64,000 nucleotides of DNA, taken from contig OZ024742.1 of NCBI GenBank assembly GCA_964016885.1, positions 93,930,001 through 93,994,000 of the forward strand. Direction: 5' to 3'. Positions 13,579 through 27,042 of this stretch are shown piece by piece. A program made the position numbers and the translations under genes. Position 1 is the first letter of the stretch. Each line of letters opens with the position of its first letter. Origin of the DNA: Eledone cirrhosa (taxonomy: Eukaryota). Under the pieces are notes generated by a model. That model saw nothing but the letters and a program-made list of their open reading frames with translations. It made no database searches and was not told the DNA's origin.

Positions 13579-14351
13579 TGAAAAAACATCGTGTTTTTAT
13601 TAAATATGGATTTGAAAACAAAATTTAAGAAATATGAAAGTGAGGCTGAGAAGAAAACAGGCGAAAAAGAAGAGGGGAAAAAGAATATAAAAATATATAT
13701 ATATAAACAATAAATATCCACAAGGTAAACATACACACACTCAATCACGCGCATATACTTAAAAAGTACGTAAACGTATACATTTCACGTAAGGGTATAT
13801 GCGTCTACAGACAGGGACATAAATACATACACATACAATTACATGAAGTAAGAAGAATAAATAAATAAATGAATAAGAACAAAAAATACAAAGTCAAAAA
13901 CGAAATAAAGACAAAAGGAGACGTGTTGACAACGATAAGTATAAGTGTGTGTGTGGGGGGGGGGGGGGAGAGATATGCATATACATAAATATATATAAAA
14001 AAAAATATATATACACATACATACATACACACGCACACACATAAACATGCATAAATACTCATACACACGTATAAACACACACATATGTATGTGTATATAA
14101 ATATATATATATATACACAAAAATATAAAATAAACATACGTACACATGCTTGCAAAAATACATATACACATACACATACACACGCATACCCACGTATATA
14201 TAAACATGAATACAACCAAATATGCAAACACATCCACATACATACACATAAAAGCCTACAATAAAGAGCATTGGTTCATAACCTACGTACATACGTATAC
14301 AAATGCGTGCGCGCACACTCACGTAATAAGAAAACATATATATATATACAT

Positions 14352-14383
<32 letters not shown>

Positions 14384-14384
14384 G

Positions 14385-15942
14385 AAGAAGAAGTTTATGA
14401 AACGGAAATGCGGGTATAAAGAATTTATTAGGTAACAATTGTTTCTATAGTGTATACCTCGCTATTTGTATAATATAAAAATATTATCATAAATCGTAGG
14501 TACACTGTAAGAAAACACACCATATCGTCAGACCTTTGTAGTAGAATGATATGAAAATATTTTATACACTAGATATAAGAGAAAGAAGGAGGTAGGAAGG
14601 ACAGAGGAAGAGGAAGAGGGAAGCGAGTAAGGGGGAGGGAGTCTTAGGATTTAAGACTGTCAGAGTAGTAGAGATTGTAAGGAGAAAATGTTTTGGCAGC
14701 AGTTAGCTTAATGAGGCGTGTTAGGGTTGGCGGGGGAAGTAAATTCTTCTAGTGGTGTTGTTTGGACAAAATTTAGTTAAAGGGGTCAGAGTAGTACAGA
14801 ATTACAGACAAGTTATTGGGGCTATTATAGTAGCAGGTTATTTCTAAAGGGGTCCAAAAAACAGTGTTTAGTACTATTATTATAGAAAGCCATATCGTGT
14901 GTATAAACATATAAAACAGAAATTTGCAAACGGTGGTGTAAAAAGGTAACATTACATGCATTTAAAAAAGAAAAAGTCGTTTTCAAACGATGGTTACAGT
15001 AAAGTGAACGTTCAATTTTGCTGTTCAAAAGTTTGTTTTCCGATGTTAAAATGCAGTATATCTCCATATTGCATAATTTACAGAATCGATGATTTTGCAT
15101 ATATGCAGGCGCAGCTGTAATAATTTGCCAATCAAGGGAGAATGCTTGATTGTTCCTCCGAAGCTGCCAGGCTTTATCGGCGTTGTTACGGAGCGCATTT
15201 TCTCATGCCTGATCGAAGATCAATGTTGGTATAGGCGAGCTTTGAAATATGTTGCGGTACATCCGACGTAATACCATTTGTTGGTTCCGGAATTTATTGT
15301 ACATCGGTAGACAATATTGCGTGCTAGGCACTGGTTATTCAGTGGGCACGTACCTGGTTTGGTGCAGTTACAGTTATTTTTATGTTTTGCAGTAGTATCC
15401 TGGATAGTTTGGTGGGGTTGTAGTTGCGTGTTAGTGCGTTGTATGTCGCTATGCTGGTGCGCTGTGTCATTAGGGATGTACTTATTTAGTATTGTTGAGT
15501 TGAGTTTTTTTAATTAGTTGTTCTATGTTAGGTGCAGTGGAGTATGAGAGTCTAATGGTGCGCGAGTTTAAGATTTTATAGTATTTATGTGAAGTTGTAA
15601 AGTGTTTATTGATCAGTGTATAGAATTGTGAGATAATCTTAGTGCTAATAGAAATATTGTACACGGGGTTATACTATATGTACTCCCTACGTCTGACTCT
15701 ATTTGTTGGTTTGCACCTATTAGTATGCCTATTGATGTGTGTGTGTGGTGCAATACTAGTTCGACTTAGATGTGGTTTATTCATAGTACCTAAGCGGTTA
15801 TCATCTAGATATTCTATTTTCTCGCAGTAACCAGCTTTTCTAAGTGCGTCCTTATAATATTCAGCATGCTCGTTGAAGGTCTGCAAATTAGACGACAGTC
15901 GGGAGATCCTTATGGATATATTTTTAGGGATAGATTTATTAT
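14385..15942 (-). mobile_element. 5'-truncated Naiad-like PLE (RT thumb, GIY-YIG, 3' region with HHR)
   Basis: YKDALRKAGY, KHFTTSHKYYKILNSRTIRLSYS, CNCTKPGTCPLNNQC, YYVGCT, CKLCNME..LLNSKIE; frameshifted. Confidence 0.85.
14430..14535 (-). ncRNA. Type I HHR with long stem II
   Basis: aggt CTGACGA [about 79 nt] GAAA caattg TT acct; lies downstream of, and in the same sense as, the PLE ORF. Confidence 0.75.
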
Positions 15943-16033
15943 ATATACGTAATAATAATAAATTTGGAGACTAAAATCCAAAGAGAGCTCGATAAGGATA
16001 AATATATATCAAATATGTAAGAACCGTAGAGCA

Positions 16034-16172
16034 AATATTTATTAAAATAACAGATTAAAGTTTAAGCAAATAATTGCTGCTTTCACCCTTAACGGGATCT
16101 TCTGAAGATCCCGTTAAGGGCGAAAGCAGCGATTCTTTGCTTAAACTTTAATCTGTTATTTTAATAAATATA
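16034..16172. repeat. Near-perfect palindrome centred on an HHR CTGAAGA box
   Basis: About 69-bp arms with the axis at 16103; the arm equals the HHR at 61964-62037. Confidence 0.9.
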
Positions 16173-16179
16173 TATATAT

Positions 16180-16995
16180 CTTAGATAAACACTTTCCCAT
16201 ATGTCACAAATACCGCTCCATCTTTAACAGACACAGAGTAAAACTAGAGCACTCCTGCGCTAAGAATATGAAGGCCCACATCACCAACAGTCCTAAGACT
16301 GCCACCCCACGAGGATGCTCTTGCCGAAAGCCTGAAGCTTGTCCCCTTCAACAGCAATGAAACACACCCGCTATAGCTTATGAAGCTGTAGTCACTTCCA
16401 ACCGACCAATCAACCGCAGGAGGCCAAATCCTATGTGGGTATGGCGGAGGGCCGATTATAGGAACGCTTCCTGAACCATCAGTCGACCTTTAGGTACCCG
16501 GACAAACGATCAGCCACGAAACTCGCGAGCCACGTATGGTCCCTCAAGGACTCGGGTATAGACTACTCCATTCAATGGAAAGCCATCACTAAGTCCAAGA
16601 CATACGCTAGGGGCAATCCGTCTTGTGGACTGTGTATTGAAGAAAGGATAAATATTCTAAAGAGATTACGCAATAGCAATTGCCTAAATTCAATAAATGA
16701 AATCTTCTCACGTTGTCCACATGTCTGGAAACACCTCTTGCATAACTACAAAGCTTCGATTTAATAACAATAACATTCTAATTTTCTTATCAGCTCGAGC
16801 ATTTTTTTCGACTTTTGTAGTTATCTCCCTTACACCTTTCGCCCGTGGCTTTGCATCGCTTGGGTGAAGTGACCGTTTTTGCGCATATGGTTGTTCTTCC
16901 TGTTCTGTATAACCATGACCAGTACGAGCTGAAGATCCGCTAAGGTGAAACAATTGTTTTCGGTATGGTGAACTAACTGTTGTGTTACCACTTCT
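16180..16995 (+). mobile_element. 5'-truncated Naiad-like PLE (GIY-YIG + 3' region with HHR)
   Basis: LDKHFPICHKYRSIFN, CSCRKPEACP, SYVGMAE, LASHVWSLK, CGLCIEE, LNSINEIFSRCPH; contains stops and a frameshift. Confidence 0.85.
16925..16962 (+). ncRNA. Minimal type I HHR with palindromic stem III
   Basis: cgag CTGAAGA tcc gctaa ggt GAAA caattg TT ttcg. Confidence 0.85.
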
Positions 16996-17169
16996 CTCTC
17001 TCTCTATATATATATATATACATATATATACATACATATACATACATATTATGTATACTTATATATATATACACACATATATATATGTGTGTGTGTATGC
17101 ACATATGTATATACATATATAATATATATATATATAAATATGTGTGTGAGTGTATATATATATACACGA

Positions 17170-19270
17170 TGACTCTCCTGGCGATTTCAACATATGAGGA
17201 TCCAAACAACCTATTCCATTTATTTACTGCTTTTGTCCTCCCTCTTGGTCTTTGTGGCCGATTGATACAACCAGATTCGAATTGCCTGATTCCATTATGA
17301 CACACAGACCTCCAATCCTTCCTTTCTAAGTCCACTTGCACAAATATCTCACGCGGTGTATTTCTTGCAGCAAGATTACTCTTCAGCTTGGTTTTGAACC
17401 TGAGCCATAGCCATCCAACATTTCTATATCCACTATCAAGCTGGCTGTACATGTAGTCTTTTGGTATTCTTTTGTCACTCATTCTGGTGACATGATCCAC
17501 CCAGCGTAGTTTTGATTGCATCAGAAATTTATCAATGCCTCAAATTTTGCACTTTCAAGAGGTCATCATTAGCTCGTTTGTCTTTGGCTGGGCACCCACA
17601 GATTGCTCGATGACAACTTTTGTGATAGTCGTCTAGTTGGTTGATGTATGCCCCATATGGATTCCACTTTTTTATATATATAAAATTGGGATCAATACAA
17701 CAGCTTTATAAACCTGTATCTTGGTACAGTTTTATGCCCCTCTCATTCCAAAGGTAAAGACGGAACTTGCCAAATTCACTCGTGGCTTACCCTGTATGAT
17801 TGATTATCTTGTTATTGAGAGATGTACTTCACTGCTAATATATGGGAATGATTTCATATATTTGAGATTTTTCTCATCGACTTTTATAAGGGTTTCTGGG
17901 AACTGGTGAACTGGTGGTTTCTGTTTGACACCTTATATTTGTTTGGGCATAGAGCATGTTTGGTAGATCACCTCTGTTTTCTTTATGTTGTTTTCTTTAG
18001 GCTTTATTTACAACAGAAAATGGTATATGTGTTCCTGGGGTTCCTTTCTAAGATCATATTACAAGTGAATCTTAGATGCATCTTGATTGAAAAGTATGCC
18101 ACTCTTGTGACACTGGAATCTAAAACCTGTGTCTTTTTCACCAAAGGTATATTTCAGCATCTCGGAGAAGTATAGTACAAAAAGAGCTGCAGCCATGCCA
18201 CAGCTTTAATTTGTGCTATTTGTCACATCAAAGGAATCCAACAAATCCTATCAAATAAAATAGTAGCTTTCATCTGCTCGTGGAAGGAGACAATGTGGTT
18301 AAGCATCTTGCTAGGTAGACTAAGTTTCATTAGAATTTTCCAGAATATTTGCAGATTTAAAGTGTCAAAAGAGATGATTAGATCTGAGACAACCATATGG
18401 GGCTTCTGACTTTTTTCACAGACCTTCTCAGCAAGCTGATGAAGAGAAAGACACATTTATCAATTCTATGTTGCAGTTGATACTGAAACCACATTAGCAA
18501 GATATTCTTGAAATGGCCAGCAGTACTATTACACAATACACGGACTATGGACTGAATGGTTATTTCGTAGTTGATTGTCATCAAAGCTCTTTTGTCACAC
18601 ATTCTGTGACTAATTTTGTTGTTTTTTGTGTCTCTTTTTGTTCTGTCTTACACATTCTTGTTTTTGTTAACAAATACAAAAAAGAAGTATATATATATAT
18701 ATATATATATATCAGATGCAATGCTGATGTAACCTTTCCAGCTTCTTGATATGATGCCTATATGTTGTCCACATTTTGCATCCATATAGCACAGCTTTAA
18801 GAACACAGGCTTCATACACAGAGAGCCTTGTGTTTCTCGTGAAACGATGATCTGATCAGAATCACTTCTGAAGATTCCTGAAGACAAATATCAATTCACA
18901 ATACAGTGATTTATTTCAGCATCGAGAGTACCATCCCTACTAAGTGTATTTCCGAGACACACAAAGATGTCCTCTACCTCAAGATTTTATCATCCCACAA
19001 AAAATATCTGACTACACATGCATTTCCCCAACTGGTTGAGTGTACATGACCTTCGTCTTTTTTATGCTAACATTTAGCTAAATGCTGAGCATGAATTGCA
19101 GAAGGTGTCCAGCATTAACTGCCTGTCCTCTACTGTGTGAGCCACAAAATCTGCATCATCAGCATAAAGAAACTCTCTGACAAGTGTGCCAAATGTTTTG
19201 AACTTGGAGCTAAAACATCTTCGATTAGAGATTATAAATCACAAATATACACCAATTTCAATGTCTTGGG
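17170..19270 (-). mobile_element. Degenerate RTE-clade LINE pieces
   Basis: [17 protein letters not shown]; YADD codons near 19150-19165; RT motif remnants at 18223-18456; appears rearranged. Confidence 0.8.
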
Positions 19271-20329
19271 CTGCACATGTCATATCAGTAGCATGGCAAA
19301 GTAGATGGATAACAGAGTGGGTGCATTTGCACACAATCACACATATGTATATATATATATATATATGCACAGCATGCCTTACTGTATTCCGGGCTAAATA
19401 ATTATTTATATGTAACATAAAATTAATTATTGATAATTTTCAATATCCTCATTGTACTTGTGATATTTATTTTGTATATTACATTCCTTCATTTCTTAGG
19501 ATAAATTGTTAATAAGCGATATTATTTAAGAAATGTAAGGAGAGGAGGTTTCCATTTGCTTAGGGAGAAAAGAAGAAAAAGCAATGAATTAATTGCTTTC
19601 TTTTTCTATTTCTTTGGAGCATGAAAGAAAAAACATAGAAATCGAAGAGGGGGTAAAGATGGAAAGGCAGTGGTGTTAGTTTCTTTCTTATATTAGTTTT
19701 TTCCCTATTGAGAAAAGAGCATAAAAAGAAAAGAGGTGAAAAATGTGTGCGAAAGAGAGAAAGTAAAAGCTGGATATTTACTGCTTGCCTTCTTGTTGTT
19801 TTAAGCCACCAGGTATGCTATTAATATTTTCTCCTGGAGTGCTGATGTTTTTATTTTCCTGTGTGGCTGAGATCAAAGACTTGCATATTCAAAGGACTTA
19901 AAGCTTTCGGACAAATTTAGATGAAAATGGGTATTTAGATAATTTCCAAGTTTGCTTTATTGCTGATTCTGGTTTCTTTCGTATGATTATTCAATACTGA
20001 ATAGTATGTATAGAATCTTTGGTGACCCTAATATCACATCAAAATCTCCCCTTTTTACTGCTTTTAAGATCCAGATTAAGTTATGAGACCTCTACCGAGA
20101 ATTTTCTTCTTGTTCATTTCACAATTAGAGCAAAAACGAACAACCAGCAATGTTTATTTTGTGTAATTAAAAAGGTCATGTTTTTATCCATTTATCCATT
20201 CCATTGCTTTTAAATTTGATTTTAAATATTTAAAATTATTTAAAGAAAAGTTATGTAAAAAATGCACTAACACTGACATTCTTTGTTAGAATAAAGCTTC
20301 AATTCATTAAAAAATTATAACCCACTAAT

Positions 20330-21600
20330 ATTTTTGATGTTTTTATTCACCCACATGATGGCAAAAGAGTCAATTAATACTTTTTCTTCTCTAGAGCAAA
20401 GACGTTATCTTCATTTTGATTCCAAGTGTTGTGAACAGTATGAATGGATGATGATATGTCCCATTCTGAACAAAGGTTTCTGTTTCCCATGTCTGTTATT
20501 TTGTCAACCTAAGAACATATGGACAACTACTAGCTACTGCGATTTGAACAATTTGATTACAGCTATGACAAGACACAAACAATCTTGGAAACATCTGAAT
20601 TCCATAATTGCTCTGCAATCAACCACTGTAAAGCAGATCATGATATATCAAAAAGGTTAATTTATTGTATTGAAATTTTGGCTTGTTAAGAATTACCATT
20701 TCAAGGATTCGATGAAACAGAAGGATCAAATAATAAGGGTAATTGCCTCGCTATGTGTGAAGCAGTAGCAAAATAAGATGATTGTTTAAGATCGCATTTA
20801 GATTTTGTGAAGAAAAATGCTAAGAGCACATTTTCTGTACTTTCAAGTGATATTCAAAACAAGATCATTAATTATATAGCTGCTACAATTGAAGGTAAAA
20901 TTAAAGCAATAATTGAAAAAAACATAATTTGCTGTTATCTGTCACTAGTCTTTGGATTTACAAATTAAATCTCATTTGTCATGGGTATTGTGATTTGTTA
21001 AAGAGATGGAAAACCCTCTAGAAAAGTTTTGGGAGATATGTCAATGTCAGTATAGGTAGAAAAGCTGACACAAAAAGTTCAAAATTGTGTTAATGAATTC
21101 AACTGTGACCAGAAATTCATTGCACAAATTTATGATGGAGCAAGCATGATGGCTAAACATTTGAATGAAGTGCAAGCAAGAATAAAGATTTCTGGTTCGA
21201 ATGTCATTTATCCATTGTTATGCATATTCACTTAATTTGGTACTCTCTCAATCAGCTTCAAGTATTCGTGATTGTCAAATTTTCTTCCAAACTTTAGAAT
21301 GGATTTCAACTTTTTTTCTCAAAGTCAATGGCTTGAAGAGCACTACTGGATGAAATATTTGGAAGGCGATTTCCAAAGTTACCTGAGATACATTGGAATT
21401 ATTCATCTCGACAAATATCCATTTTGCTTGACAAAATTGCTTCTTTCTGAGCTATTTTTAACCATATTAGAACATTCAGAGGATTATAGTGCTTCTGAAA
21501 TAACAAAGGTAATGCTTCTGAAATAACAAAAACAATAACAAAAAGCTGTTTTAAGGAATTGTTTAACAGCATTTTAGATAGGGCCAAAATTTAGATGAAG
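20330..21600 (+). pseudogene. Old hAT (ZMYM1-like) transposase relic
   Basis: TTF-like FCFPCLLF; remnants of LPFQG.DE and YDGASMM..HCYAH.LNL motifs; many stops. Confidence 0.75.
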
Positions 21601-22515
21601 TAATACGTTGGGCCAACATTTAAAAAAATGTGAGAATTCAGATTTGTTGAATTCAAAAATTTCCTCTATTACATCTCTGTCAAATACCCATCAAATGTCA
21701 TACACCCATGACAAACTTCTCACCACCCCCTCACATCATCCTTTAAATCTGATCACACTAATCATACATTCAGGACACCATACATGTCAGAGCCCCTACT
21801 TACCCACCTGTTGTCATTCATCTATGGCATCATATTTATCACTTTTCTAACACCTCCTGCTAAACTTGTCTCACTTAAGACAAATCTTTGTCAACATCTC
21901 ACAGAGAGGGCTCTTCAGTTGAGTCAATAACTGACAAACTCCCTAGTGCTGCTGCCATGGCATTCAGTACACCCAGTAGAGTGCTTATGTTAGAAAGAGC
22001 ATCCAGTTTTAGGAGAAATGCCAAAAGTGTTGAGAAGACTCTTCAGTCATTGCATGGTCATGCGAACCTTTCTACTTCTGGTGCCATGAAAATGCATCAA
22101 ATAATCCCTATAAAATGTTGTGGCATTAGGTAGGGCATCAGAATGTTGAGAGGAATTTTCAGCTGTGTCATGGACATGACAACTTCCCTAAAGTTGATAC
22201 ATTATGTAAAGTGGTTGGGAATAGGAAGGGCATCCAATATTAGAGAGAGAACTTTCAAAACAAAGAGTCAAAAATATACCCTCCCTAGCATCTTATGCTG
22301 CTATGATAAAGGGCAAACACTTCACTCTGTACAGTGTGGAAATGTGGCCCCGGTCCAGTTTGAGAGGTCAGTAATGTGAATTAAGTATTGGCATGGCCAA
22401 TGGCAACACATCCAACGTTTGCTAACAAAGGAAATGGACATTAAACAATGATGATGATAATGGCTATCGAATTGCTATTGAACTTGACCACCTTTTGCAT
22501 CCCTTTCCTTTATTG

Positions 22516-22975
22516 CAGGGTTCTCAAACACATGGCCCACAAACTACTTTTCTATGGCCTGTGGCAGAAGAATTTTCATGACAAATACTTATCTAAGGCT
22601 CGGTAATTTGTCCCTGTTTGAATAATATCTATAATACAATGCATTGGAATTTACCCATGAAATAAAATAAAATAAAAGAAGTGGAATTTATCAAAAGAAA
22701 AACGGAATTTGTCAAAAGTAAAAATGAAATTAAAGAAAATTTTAAACAAAATAATTGTTCCTCTACAGTTTGTACTAATTCCCATTTCCAACTTACTATC
22801 ATATCTGTATTCCTTTTGATAAAAAAAAAAAATAGATAGCAGCCTATCAGGTGTATTGCAGATTAGCATTATAACTGGAGGGAAACCATGTCATTCCTCA
22901 CAACTAATTTTTGGCTCACTCTGTCTCACTTTGAAGATGTATGGCCCTTTTGTGTCTTTGAGTTTGAGACTCCTG
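22516..22975. mobile_element. hAT-type MITE
   Basis: TIRs cagggttctcaaac / gtttgagactcctg; TSD degraded. Confidence 0.65.
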
Positions 22976-23061
22976 TTTTAAAGGTTTGCCAGATGAAGTC
23001 ACACAGAAATATGACAAAACCATGCCCTCACATTCTAGGCGCTAACAAAACTTTAACGGAA

Positions 23062-23120
<59 letters not shown>

Positions 23121-23391
23121 ACATATGTATGTGTCTGTGTGCCTAAATAAACAGATAGGACCATCAAATATATATATCTGAAAGTAGATATATGCAGAAC
23201 AAATACAAAATAATTGTTGAATGTCCCTCTAAGTAAATAATACAGTCTGAAAACAAAGCCAACAATAAACAAACAACTAGTAGATAAGACCATCGAATTC
23301 CAAACTCATAACTAATACACTCATAAAACGAAGCCAATAATGAACTAACTATATATATATTCTATCACCATGGAAAGCGGACATAAAAATT

Positions 23392-23985
23392 TCACACACA
23401 TATACTCCTGAGAAAGAGAGCATCTTTAGTACTTTTATCTGGCACAAATCTAAACTGCATTTCATCAAGGTTACCTCGACCACTAATCAGCTGTCTGATA
23501 ACTGTTTCTGTGACCTTCATGATCTTGTCAACCAAATTAATGCCATTATAGTTTTCTCTGTCTAGAGCATCTCCTTTGTCCTTGTAGCAGGTAATGATGA
23601 TGCTGTTACACCAGTCATTTTGTATGACAGCATTTTGCATTACTTGGTTTACAGTGCAGGTGACTATGAGGTAACCCACCATCCCAGATGCTTTCAGCAT
23701 TTCAGCAACTATCCCCGAGGGGTCCAGCTGCCATGCCTGTTATCTTTGATTACTTTATTCACTATACAACTGCTAACTTGCACAGCCAGTCCCTCTGTTG
23801 TGTCAACTTGGAGCAAACTATCTTCATCCCATTCATTCTCCACATTTAGTAGTCTTTCACAGTGGCACTTCCATGCTACCTTATTGTAAGCATCAGTGAG
23901 GGCAAGTACTCTATTAAAGTTGCGGACACACTTCTCCAAAACGACATCTCAATTTTCCCTGAAACATTGCCTTGCAATCCTGATC
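23392..23985 (-). pseudogene. RTE LINE RT fragment, same family as 36028-38290
   Basis: MLKASG...CYKDKGDALDRENYNGINL...LDEMQF. Confidence 0.85.
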
Positions 23986-24389
23986 ACTAATCTTCTAATG
24001 GAAAAATTATATTTTGTGGTACTAGTTCAAAGACTATTCCTACTAAAGACAATCTAAGTCTTGAAATCCATTACTTCAAACATGTTTATTCTATCAAACA
24101 AGATAGTTCGTGAATTTCTTCCTCTGAGATTCAATACAGCTGTTTAGGTATAACAAGTAATGTAAGTAATATTTTTATATTCTGATTGCTTTTGTACCTT
24201 GTCATATGTAATGCATTATATAACTATATTGTTTCTTTTGTTTTTTTTTTGTAATATCCTTGAATAACTGAGATCTGGAATGAGGTTTTCCGAATATTTC
24301 TTCTCCACTGATCTTTTTACAAAACAATGAAGTCGAGATGTTTTTATTTTCTATGTATATATATAATATATACATATGTACATATACAT

Positions 24390-24429
<40 letters not shown>

Positions 24430-24439
24430 ACACACACAC

Positions 24440-24477
<38 letters not shown>

Positions 24478-24996
24478 GTGTGTGTGTGGTTGTGGGTGGA
24501 TGAAGACTTTCAAAATTGCATGTATTTATATTGGGTTATTGGGTAAATATATGGCATAAACATTTACATGTGAATTTTCAAATGTTGAATAATGTTTCAA
24601 GAACAACACCAAAATGTTATTTAAAAGGTTATTTACATCTCACACTTTAAATTGTCAACATGAAAGTTACACTAAACCTCATTAAAATTCTTGGATCATT
24701 TCTTTAACAAAAAAGAAAAAAACCCATTAGGTTTATTCAAAAGCTAAGTTGAAATATTGATAAAGGTCTCATCGTTGTGGTAAATATTAACATGAAAGTT
24801 ATTCCAAACTGTGAACTTTCCATAAATATGTCTCCTAAAATTTGTCATATTTTGTTTCAATATATTTCATATTTTCAAACGTTTATTATTTAAGTTCAGT
24901 TTAATTGCCAGCATCCACTGCTGTTTCTCAGACTTTACATGTCAAACGCTATCTAATACCAAATTACTAAAATATAGAGGAAGATATTTTTGTCAT

Positions 24997-25052
<56 letters not shown>

Positions 25053-25114
25053 TATATAGTTTACTCAGCTGTAGAAATGAGATGATAGGGACTGGGATCC
25101 ATATCATTCCACTG

Positions 25115-25265
25115 CAAAGTGGTCGTGTAGGTGCCACGGCAAAAAAGCACCCAGCACTCACTGTAAATGAGGTTGGTGTTAGGAAGGGCATCCAGCTGTA
25201 GAAATCAAGCCAGAATCAGTTCCCGTCCCACCCTTGCAAGCAGGGAAAAAGCGGACGTAAAATGA
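25115..25265 (+). mobile_element. RTE 3'UTR-like fragment
   Basis: ggtgttaggaagggcatcc and flanks match 38085-38270; a related minus-strand relic lies at about 34960-35170. Confidence 0.65.
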
Positions 25266-25266
25266 A

Positions 25267-25304
<38 letters not shown>

Positions 25305-25306
25305 CG

Positions 25307-26467
25307 AGAGAAAAGGTGAAGTTGGAAATAGCACAGAAAATATATTTTAGGGTCTGTTTTTCTTTTTTTTCCTTTCATTGATTCATCAAAGTGACATTAT
25401 TGAAAGTCAATCCCGCCGAGGTTGACTTTGCCTTTCATCCTTACGGGGTCGATAAAATAAAGTACCAGTAATGCACTGGGTAATTGCTGGCCTTGTGCCT
25501 AAAGTAGAAACAATTATTGAAAAGATGATATTATTGAAAAAATGAAAGGGACAATTCTTTTAAAAAAGAGTTTTATAATGTATATAAAGTATATGAAGTA
25601 TTACCGGTTTCGATTTATTATTAAAATTCATCTTATCAAATGTTGAGTATTACAATTAAAAAGAATGAATAAGAATTAAAAACTAAAAATTAAAGATTTA
25701 AAGTTAAGTGTTGGGGTAAGTTTTTTTTCCATCTTCCTTGCTCAGAAGAGGACTGGAGAATTAGTTCTTGTGTATAGGGTGAGAGGTGTGTAGTCATGAT
25801 AGTAGCAGCAGTGTTGGTAGTTGTGTTTCTTCACAGAACAAAATTGTTTATTGGGGGGCAAAGTAAATATTCTGTAAATACTTATGTGTATATCTGATTG
25901 TGTTAATTGACTGGTCAAGAGTTGAAATGGGGGTGGCAAGGGGGATGGGGAATTGTAAGCTAGAGGCAAATTTTATGGCAACTGTAGGGTTGTAAAAGAA
26001 ATTCTATTATTGGAATCTGGTTTTAGGGAGTGTGTGTAGAGTGTGAGGGTGTATATATAAAAATACACACATGTGTGTGTTGGGGGTGGGTGGGTGTTTT
26101 CAGCCTGTCTATCACAGGTCCCTTTGTGGTGGGAAATTTAAAAAGAATTTTTTAAATTAAAAAAAATATTTTTTAATCTTATCCCAACACTTAACTTTAA
26201 ATCTTTAATTTTTAGTTTTTAATTCTTATTAATTCTTTTTAATTGTAATATTCAACATTTGATTAGATGCATTTTAATAATACATTGAAACCGGTAATAC
26301 TTTATATACATTATAAAACTTTTTTTTAAAAGAATTGTCCCTCTCATCTTTTCAATACTGAAATCTTTTCAATAATGTCACTTTGACGAATCAAAGAATA
26401 AAAAAAAAAAAGAAAAACAGACCCTAAAATATATTTTCCCTGCTACTTCCAGTTTCACCTTTTCTCT
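25307..26467. repeat. Fold-back element with about 290-bp inverted arms, flanked by microsatellites
   Basis: 25307-25720 (including a SINE insertion) versus 26178-26467; arms contain GAAA ccgg TA, an HHR remnant. Confidence 0.85.
25407..25512 (+). mobile_element. 5'-truncated SINE with 10-bp TSD attattgaaa
   Basis: TSD at 25396-25405 and 25513-25522; absent from the opposite arm. Confidence 0.9.
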
Positions 26468-26482
26468 ATATCCACTGTTTTG

Positions 26483-26550
26483 TATAGAACCTTACTTCCC
26501 TTTTCTGATATATATATATATATATCAGAAAAGGGAAGTAAGGTTCTATA
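26483..26550. repeat. Perfect palindrome centred on (TA)n
   Basis: tatagaaccttacttcccttttctg / cagaaaagggaagtaaggttctata. Confidence 0.9.
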
Positions 26551-26687
26551 TATATATATATATATATATATATGGAAAGTTATATTTAAAATTGTTGGGT
26601 TACAACTAGTAAATATTTATAACTGATATAAAAGCACTCGACAAATATTTGGAGTATATTTACAATATTAAATAAATGGAAACTATA

Positions 26688-26762
26688 TTTATTTCATTAT
26701 ATCTGAGGAAGGCATAGCATATTGTTAATATGATATCCCCGAAATATATATAATGAAATAAA
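26688..26762 (+). ncRNA. Type I HHR candidate inside an inverted repeat (26661-26802)
   Basis: tttatttcatta(tat) CTGAGGA [catatt-gtt-aatatg hairpin] GAAA tata TA taatgaaataaa; stem I register is slightly ambiguous. Confidence 0.6.
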
Positions 26763-26797
26763 TATGGTTTTATAAATATAGTTTCCATTTATTTAAT

Positions 26798-26845
<48 letters not shown>

Positions 26846-26939
26846 TACATATATATATATATATAGAGAGAGAGAGGTAGAACCTTGGAAGGTAATATCC
26901 ACAGTGGTAGAGCACTCAGTCCATGGGACGAGTTAGGTA

Positions 26940-27011
26940 GAAGTGGTAACACAACTGTTAGTTCACCATACTGAGAACAATTGTTTCACCTTAGTGGAGT
27001 ACGAGCTGAGG

Positions 27012-27013
<2 letters not shown>
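26940..27013 (-). mobile_element. Rearranged copy of the 16921-16995 HHR region
   Basis: 3' half on the minus strand, joined within stem II to the 5' half agtacgagctgaggat on the plus strand. Confidence 0.75.

Positions 27014-27042
<29 letters not shown>

Noticed and set aside
21870-22133. Protein-like reading on both strands
   Set aside because: No recognisable motif or splice context, and the minus frame has stops
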